Part shown: positions 55,085 to 64,000 of the stretch, in pieces
Layout of the letters: each line of letters opens with the position of its first letter
Numbering within the stretch: the stretch's first letter is position 1
NCBI GenBank assembly: GCA_951406725.2
Contig: OX597832.1
Location: 8,060,001 to 8,124,000 of the forward strand
Reading direction: 5' to 3'
Source: Octopus vulgaris
Taxonomy: Eukaryota
DNA length: 64,000 nucleotides
Translations under genes and position numbers: made by a program
Notes under the pieces: model-generated
Told to the model about the DNA's origin: nothing
What the model saw: only the letters and a program-made list of their open reading frames with translations
The model's database searches: none

Positions 55085-55456
55085 GTTTGTATATGTATAG
55101 ATAGTTGGGCAAATCGAAAATAGAAATAAAAACAAAATGAAAAACAATAAAAGTTAATATATTTATGTATATATATACACACGAAAAGCACAACAATACA
55201 CAGATGTATACTGATGCACATACGTATATGTACGCAAACACACAAATAACTGACAGACTTCCCGCAAGGTCTTGGGCACACACTCACACATACACACATA
55301 CACACACACTCATTTGTGTACATTTACAGCATAAATTTTCCGTTGATGAATTATACTAGAGTTCTGTCCAATTCTCTAACACTTCCTCGCCCTTTACTCC
55401 TCTGCCCGCCACCTCTTTCTCCCTCTGAATTTCTGAGTCTCATTCTGTTCTCTCTC

Positions 55457-55504
<48 letters not shown>

Positions 55505-57421
55505 AAACGCTTAGTCTCTATTTCTCAAAACTCACATCGCATACAATACTCACTACTAATATTATATATGACCATAAACACATACACAGGCACAAATCGA
55601 ACTTTAGCTTCTTTAATATAATTTCCATCGTTTTTCATTTTTGCAGAAATTGCATTATTACGAACTATGTTTTCCATCTCAGACTTTTTAGAAATTCTGT
55701 ATATTGTTTATTTCACTAATTGAATAAAATTGTCAATTACATTTACATTTCAAAGTTCACGAACGTATATCAAAATTTTGTCTTACTAATTTATTTCCGG
55801 TTTCATATTTCATCTTACTTGCACTATGTGCACTCCATATTGAAATTGCCATTTACTACAAGAATGTTCAATTTCTTCTCTTTTGTAATTTTACTTCGTT
55901 ACATATTATTGTCCATTTAAATTAACATCATATTACAAAAAATATAATTTTCACTTTTTATGTATTGCAGAAGACTTGTCCAATTTTATTTATTTCTTTA
56001 AGCAGCTTCAACTTCGTAAAATAATATTTATTGTTTTCAGTAGAGTAATACACACCTTGTCATTTCAAATTGAAGTATAAGTATGCTGAAATTAAGGGAT
56101 TAACTTAGAACTTCATCCCGTGCAAAAGCAATTACCATCCAAGAAGATGCAAATTCGGGCTCTAGCTGGGGTAAAGTACACTTGATTTTACAGAACGAGA
56201 AATATTTCTCAAATTTTAACCGATGATCTGGTTTGAATATACTTGATATCATTTGCTATGAAATGGGTAAATACAATCGTATTTATAATCCTTTTATCGC
56301 TTTAAAATATGGTAATTATAATATCCACACAAAATATTTAGCCCTCGGTTAAGAGATAATCAAAATGCATATGGAGCATTGCCATCGTCAGACATAATAT
56401 TTCCACTATCAAATTATCAAATATTGTAAATGATCAAAGTAGAAAGACGACAAGTATAAAATACATTCAATAGTTGGGTAAATTGTGGACAAATTTGGAT
56501 GACGTTGCTTCTTACGCTTTTTGAAGAAACTAAAGTAGAGCTGTATCTGTTTACTGTTATCCAATAAAAAGAACAGGCTCAGTTAGAGGACTTCACATGA
56601 AAAGTTGTTATAGGAAGCAGTCAACGTTGAAAAGAAAATCAAAATTAAGGTTAGTGTGTTTTATGGAAAGAGATTCAGAATCTTAAGTAGAGAATAAATG
56701 CGGTATTGAAAGATTTATTCCTAAATAAGTTGTTGAATAATTTATTGCTTGCCCAGGATTTAGAGTTATGTTTAAATTATGTTTCAGTCACTTTGCAGAT
56801 CTTCGGCAAAGAGTATACTTCCTCCCACTCGCTAAATATGAACTTATATAAAGTGATGAAAATATAAGTATCCTAAAGATAAAGCTCTTTTAGATGCCAT
56901 CTATATGAAAAAAAAAACATATTATTCATATAACAAAATAGAACACACGTTTTACCAAAAGCTAGTGAAAATTTGAATACTACAAAAATCAAAGGCTACA
57001 AAGTACTGGTTGTATAACGGTGTCAGGTGTGGTTATAATAAGAAAGTGAGAAATTACTAAATGGTAATTCTTTTATCCAACTAAACATGGATGCTTTGTT
57101 AGTGCACCGAATATTCGCCGGCAGGCAGTGACCAGATGCTTCCAACTGATGGGTTTTAGTAGACTGGAGTAACGTGATATGGAAATTCCGGCGCCTATCA
57201 TAGACAAACTTCGTCGGCTACGATCTATGTGCGTGGTTTTATGTACTGTACGTCTATATGAGAGGACCTCTCAATGTATGTAACGCAGTATTCGGTGTTC
57301 TTAAAGGCATATATATTTCATTAGCTATAAAGATTACCTTTAGGTATTAATAATTAAATACTAACCAAACGTAATACTATAAATGCAAAAAGAAACATTA
57401 TTATTATAATATGCCTAGTGG

Positions 57422-57577
57422 CATTTTGGCCGTCTTTACGTTCTGAGCTCATATTCCGCCGAGGTCGATTTTAATTTCATAATTTCGCGGTCGATTAAAT
57501 AAGTACTAGTTGAGTATTGGGGGTCGATATGATCGATTGCCCCGCTCCAATTTCAGGCCTTTTGCCTACAGTAGAAA
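57422..57577 (+). mobile_element. SINE family C, diverged copy
   Basis: ttacgttctgagctcatattccgccgaggtcgat..ggtcgattaaataagtactagttgagtattgggggtcgat. Confidence 0.75.
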
Positions 57578-57892
57578 GTATTATTACTATCAGAATTATG
57601 GCCGGGAAGTTGCAGAATAGTTAGAGCATCGAACGAAATCCTTAGCGCTTTACCTTGTTTCTTTTCATCTTTTCGTTGCTGATGAAACAAATAGAATACG
57701 TAGGTTACTCGACTCCCACAAACGCCTTCCCCTAAAATTTCCAGCCATGTAGCAAAGCTTGAAACAATTATTATAATCTGACCCTACATCACAAAAACAT
57801 ATCTCTTATACATAGAAAAATGGGAACCGAAAATGTTATTTGTTTATAACTTATATATATATATAAATAAATATATATATAAATATATATAA

Positions 57893-57954
<62 letters not shown>

Positions 57955-57955
57955 G

Positions 57956-57986
<31 letters not shown>

Positions 57987-58147
57987 GTATATATATGTAT
58001 GTATATCAATTTTACTCTCCAAACACACAGCTGGTAACAAAGACCACACCATTATATTTTGTCATTTAATCAAATTCAAATGCTTCTCGTTGAATTGTAT
58101 TGTCATATTATATTACATGTACCATCATGATTTTAATTTAGTATGAT

Positions 58148-58195
58148 CACAATCGTCCGATAGACGGCAACGTGAAACTCGGAGTAACACTTGTG
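58148..58195 (+). ncRNA. Degenerate hammerhead motif of the 45787 family
   Basis: cacaatcgt-CCGATAG-ACG gcaa CGT-GAAACT-cgg-AGTA-acacttgtg, followed by tttgcagc as in the 45787 copy; the core is mutated. Confidence 0.5.
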
Positions 58196-58689
58196 AAGAT
58201 TTTTGCAGCCTAAATAGAAGTGTGTATGTGTATATATATATATCTATATATTTGTATGTGAGTGTGTCTGTCTCTATGTGTGTATGGGCGTTTGTATATG
58301 TGTATATATACATAGGCAGATAGACACATAGATAAGGAAAATACTTATGGGATTTTGTGTTATGTAGGCGTTTAAATACATCAATGCATTTTCAAACGAA
58401 TGCACAGTTGCACATTATATGATATATAGTATGTAAATATATGTTCTGCATGAAATCGTATTGAATGACTTCACTTTTGAAGTTGTAGTGCTCTCGCATC
58501 ATTCTTTGCAGTTCACAATCACACACAAGTATCAGTATGTATATATGCATATATAAGTGTTAAAATCTTCCTCTTATACATACAGATGCATCACGAACAC
58601 ACAAACACACATACACACACATATATATATATATATATCGCCTGTATGTAGCTTCATGCATATTTGTATGCATGTGGCATGTGTACATG

Positions 58690-58731
<42 letters not shown>

Positions 58732-58812
58732 CATACACACATATATATATGTATATATATATGTGTGTGTGTAAGCATGCATATATACACACTTATATAT
58801 ACATACACACAC

Positions 58813-58879
<67 letters not shown>

Positions 58880-58881
<2 letters not shown>

Positions 58882-60058
58882 CATATTGTTATTACGATCA
58901 TTTTGGTTATCATCTTTCAATTCTGTTTCCATTTCTTGCCGTGTATCTTCCCGATGCTTAGGGCAGAGCAACGTAGTGTATACATCGGTAGGCTATTAAA
59001 ATAAACACACCGAATTGTTCGAAGAACAAGAGAGTGCGTAAAGGAAAAAATAAAGAAAATAAAGGGGAAAAGGGAAAGAAAATTCACAGCAATAATATTC
59101 TTCTCAGTACGTGTGACGTATCAGTTACAATGGCCTTTTGTACTTCCTGCATGGATGATAGGCCAGAGATGATTCGTAAATAATTTTCAGTGCCTTTTTT
59201 TGAACATTCCAAGTGCTCCTACAATCAATGGTATTTGTAACCGTCTTGAAATGCCATATCGTTTTGATTTCGATTAGCAAATCTTTATATTTTCTCAGCT
59301 TTTCGAACTCTTTTGCCGAGATATTATGGTCACAGGGTATGTTCAAGTCAATCAATAAACATATTTTATTGTTTTGGTCTTTCATAACAATATCTGGTTT
59401 ATTCGCTTTGATAGTTGGGTCTGTTCATAGTGAAAAGTCCCAACGAATCGTTACATATTCTCCTTAGTTACAGCCTCAGGGTGGTGCTTGCATCATTTGT
59501 CAGCAGATTTGGTTTTAGAATGCTGACATATTATCCAATGTGTCAGCATTTTAAATTACCCAACTCTGTCATATCTTGATTTATACACTACATGTGCTAA
59601 AACCGTACACCCAGAGATTAAGTGGTTCACTGTTTCAATCCCTTCGTTGCGACATGGTGATCTCATATCAAGATAAACAGCGCATGACCTTGCAGGTGGG
59701 GCCCAGTCAGAATTTTCTTCAGATCGAGTAGCCTATCGCGCTCAAAAGGTCCCTGAATAAGGGCTGTTTAAGGAAGTTGAATGAAACAGCCATGTTCCCA
59801 AAGGTGAAATATCCAAACCCCAAAGAATCCCTCTCAACAAATGGCGATGATGCTCCCCCACTACTTCTGCACGTGATCAAAGATGCACATATCACTAGCC
59901 ACTAAGGTACATACTCGACTGGTTACGGTCAAACAACTGACAAGCAAATGAGAGGTATTGAGAAGAATATTTGCTGTAGCACATCTTTTATTACAAAAAC
60001 AAAACAATGTATATGATAACACTTTTAATCAGTTAAGATCAGAAGCCATCAGGACGTT
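58880..60058 (-). mobile_element. R4/Dong-like non-LTR retrotransposon, probably internally deleted
   Basis: ETVNHLISGCTVLA..YDRVG..HWIIC..VTIRWDF..TIKANKPDIVMKDQNNKICLLIDLNIPCDHNISAKEFEKLRKYKDLLIEI (59640-59230; CCHC end plus PD..D RLE). Joined to a non-coding repeat at 59652-60058 that abuts (AAT)n. Confidence 0.82.
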
Positions 60059-60068
60059 TATTATTATT

Positions 60069-60113
<45 letters not shown>

Positions 60114-60149
60114 ATTATTATTATTATTATTATTATCATTATTATTATT
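60058..60149. repeat. (ATT)n(GTT)n(ATT)n compound microsatellite
   Basis: Directly visible. Confidence 0.95.
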
Positions 60150-60337
60150 GAGTGAGATACCATTGCATGCCATGAAAGTGATTGTAGGGTAAAATGTACG
60201 AAACCCAGTATACCTATCATGACTACACGTTTGATGCGATTACTCCAGGCACATGCATCACAACTATATGTACGTGTCATGGTGATCTCATATCAAGATA
60301 ACTATCGCATGTACTTCCAGGTGGAGCCCAGTTGGAA
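60150..60337 (-). mobile_element. Second fragment of the 59652-60058 repeat family
   Basis: catggtgatctcatatcaagataa..gcatg..caggtgg.gcccagt at 60278-60337 duplicates 59653-59710. Confidence 0.75.
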
Positions 60338-60814
60338 CTGACGCACATGCACATTTTGGCCCTTTTCACACACTCCTACGTTTACAAACCACCCTATCTG
60401 TCTCTCTCCTCTTGTGGTCTGTTATGTTTCAGCCACGTAACGAAACACGTGCTTTTTTTCGGACTCTTCTTCTTTTTGGATTTTTTTCATTTTTCCTTTT
60501 GCTGACGAGCCATTATCGAAACCTCACACCTCTTCTTTCTTCCACTTTAAATTTTCTCGGGCTTTTAATATAATGTATCCACTTTCTACGACAATTTACA
60601 CTTTATTGTTTGTCTTGTTTTTCAATTATTGTTTTTCAATTGTTTTTAATTTTGTTTTACCACTATGTGCGTGTGTTTATGAGTATATATATATATATGA
60701 GGATAAAAAGCTTCGAATGACTCGTCCTTGTTTTTTGTATCGTCTATCTCGATGTTTTGTTGTCCCTTTCTGTATCACCTAGTTGTCCGAATGTTTTGCG
60801 TTCTTGTCCCATTT

Positions 60815-60901
<87 letters not shown>

Positions 60902-62657
60902 GCGCATATATAAACACATACCGCACGTATATCTATATATACATGCTTTTATATATAAGCTTATCTGTTTGTGTATGCGTAAGTATGTATATTTATAGGT
61001 TAAGATGTGTAGGATATTGGATTTAGATTGTGCCACTGAAAAGAATTCAAAATGTGTTGGGTCTTTCAATGTTGATCTCCATTCAGTTGGTCGTTGACAC
61101 CCAGTCGACCACCATGTTAAGGCTTTGCACAAGTATTTCTTTCAGGTTATAACAATCATTTATATTTAAGCCATGGACGTGATGCAAATTCTGACATCGT
61201 TCTGACAACTAATACAAACTTATTCAGTCACGTAAAATTATAATATATGCTTCTATATTAATTTTTTTATGTTACTCTCCATAGAATATGGAACTATTAA
61301 CTTTTCTTTTAACCAGATATCTCAGCGCATACCATGATTCATTCAGTAAAAATGAATAAACGTTAAAATTCCTTTTGCTGACTATATTTGGATTACCTTT
61401 CATATTTCTCGCCAATGAGAAAATTTCCACATTGCCATAATTTTCCTCACCATCAGCACCCCTCCTCTTCCTCCTCTACTTCCACATCCTCCTCACCCTT
61501 CTCCTTCTGCTTCCTCTTCTTCTACTTCTGCAAAGACGTATCGTTCTCATGGTGACACTTGTTTACAGAACATGCTTTAAATAACCTGCAAAAAATTTTT
61601 TAAGTTCCAAGAAATACTGATTTTTGTAGTAGTTCTACCTTTACATTGTAACCAATCGTTTCTGCACTATGTGGGAAGTTGAGTACTGATACGTCCAAGG
61701 GCGCCAATTACTCTCCTCATTGACCACAACCTTCTTTCTAGTTCTTCAGTTCCGAATATAAGTGCTTCTGTTTTTGTTTTCAGGTCACACCTCCTCCTCT
61801 ATAGCCACTGGCCATCTGTATTTATCTTGGCGTTCAAATCTCTTGTAATATGGCAGACATTTTTCTCCTTCCATGTTATTTCTTTTCTTTTATTCTTTAC
61901 TTCTTCAGCTTTTTGTTTCTTTACACAATTATCAGTTCTAATGACGCCGGATTCTTCACATATTATTATAATTATCATTCAAAAACTTTTATACTCTGAG
62001 ATGAAATTTCAGTGAGGTCGCCTTTGCCTTTCAATATTTCGGGATCGATAAAATAGGTGCCGCTCGTGCACTGTAATCGATTTTATCGACTATCACCTCT
62101 ACCAATGTTTCAGACATTGTGCCTATATTATAAAATATTATTATTAACTGTGACGGTAGTAGCAGCGGCCTTAGCAACAGCAGCAGCAGCAGCTGTAATG
62201 CTAGTGTTATTAGTATTAGTCGTTGTGGTAGTACTGGTTGAAAGAATATAGCAACTAGTAGGAAGTATTACTATGTATTCGTATATATTTTAAGTTATTT
62301 TCAATAACGTAGAAAGTTCACAAGTATATTTCCATGGCAACGAGCAATTGTAATTTCAGTGTGCAATGAAAAATTAATCACATTTAATTTATGAATATAT
62401 GCATATGCATATGTTTATTATTAACATGTGTATTAGAATATTTTGTTCTATATGTTTAAATATGTATAGTCTATATATTTATATATATATCTGTGTGCGT
62501 GCATGTGCGCTTGTGTGTGTGTGTGTGTGTGTTTGTGCGTGTGTGTGCGTGCGTGTGTGTATATATGCATGTGTTTGCGTGTGTGTTAATATATATATCA
62601 ACAGAAGTATAATGTGATACTCGAGAGAAAGTGAGCGAGAATTGTAGAAACGTGTGT

Positions 62658-62712
<55 letters not shown>

Positions 62713-62717
62713 CATAC

Positions 62718-62757
<40 letters not shown>

Positions 62758-62766
62758 CATACATAT

Positions 62767-62834
<68 letters not shown>

Positions 62835-62851
62835 ATTTGTATGTATGTATG

Positions 62852-62907
<56 letters not shown>

Positions 62908-64000
62908 ATAGGTGTTGTTTACTGCAGCATATCTTTCTTTCCCTCGCATCTCATTGCATTTGTGTTGATTAATTTTAATATTGTGAACCTAATTACTGAG
63001 ACGTTGAACTCTAATAGCGTACTCTCTGCTGACCAATTATGACTCATATTCTCTTTACACATGTCATGAGGGAATTACATGAAAAATTGGAGATTGAGTC
63101 ACTTTGCAACTCTTCTATTGAAATGCAAATAGGTACTACGAAATTATATACACACATGTTTACACACACACACACACACACACAAACACATATATTTATG
63201 TATGCATATAATATTCAAATCCACACGTGTGTCTATATATCTTATTTTCCTTATATTAGTATGCATATGTATGAGTGTATGAGTAAAATACAATTGGAAT
63301 GTATGTATAAATTCATCTATTCGCTGCCATTTTTATATATACAGATTATCTTTTGTCTTTATGCATATTTATACATACAATTAATATAAATTGTGGTACA
63401 AGGTTCCTTAGTTTTGAAAGGAAAAATAAGTTAATGAAATCGACCGTAGTATGAGATAGGTACTTACGTTGTCGAATACAAATGAATGAAGCGCAAATTC
63501 GAGTTTGGTAGAATTCCAACTTTCTATGTAAAGAAGAACAAAATGCATCTAACCATTTTGTGCCGTGTGCTAACGATTCTACCACCTCTCCACCTTCAGC
63601 ATAGTTATACATATTATATCAGACACAACATCGAATGAAAGTCTGCACAATTCTTTTAGGTACTCTATCACATATACTCTCATATTGAAATGTCTGATAG
63701 TAACTTCGAATTTTCGCGCTCATATTTTTCAGGCTACAATATTATCTTCCGACCAGTATTACTCAACCAATGTGAAAAGTGAAAAACTGACAAAAATTGA
63801 AGAAACAAGAAAACAGCAGCGAAGCTGCACGATAATAGTATCGGACGTGGCTTGCAGACCATCATATAATCTTTTTGACATTGCGTTTTTAGGCTTCTGT
63901 TCCGTTTTATTTTGACATGCGCATTGCGATTTTATTCTCATCTTCCGTTTAAGAATTCAGTGTGCTCGTGTGTATTGTGTGTTCATATTTCTTTTCCGAT

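Noticed and set aside
56050-57060. Purine-rich 1-kb stretch that might be a decayed transposase
   Set aside because: No motif could be read with enough confidence to name a family.
60495-60530. CTGACGAG-ccatta-TCGAAAC hammerhead-like core
   Set aside because: Stems II and III and the cleavage triplet are not formed; at best a decayed relative of the 40836 motif.

Overview
AT-rich, microsatellite-saturated eukaryotic DNA with no recognisable intact protein-coding gene, rRNA, true tRNA or CRISPR array. It reads as an intron or intergenic region. The (TA)n/(CA)n load and the tRNA-derived SINE families suggest an Octopus-type cephalopod (inferred from repeat content, not verified). Nearly all ORFs in the supplied track are microsatellite artefacts. 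What can be supported is a transposon graveyard: at least three SINE families, a non-autonomous Helitron, several mariner, Tc1 and Tigger fossils and MITEs, a TIR element with a Chapaev3-like transposase fragment, RTE-, R4/Dong- and HERO-like LINE fragments, and several Penelope-like element (PLE) fragments. The most interesting signal is a set of type I hammerhead-ribozyme motifs from four unrelated families, read directly from the sequence (21720-21764, 40836-40873, 42803-42882, 45787-45835, 49533-49577, 58148-58195). One lies in a circularly permuted, non-coding retrozyme-like repeat and another lies downstream of a Naiad-like PLE C-terminus. All family assignments come from recalled motifs and manual translation; no database searches were run.
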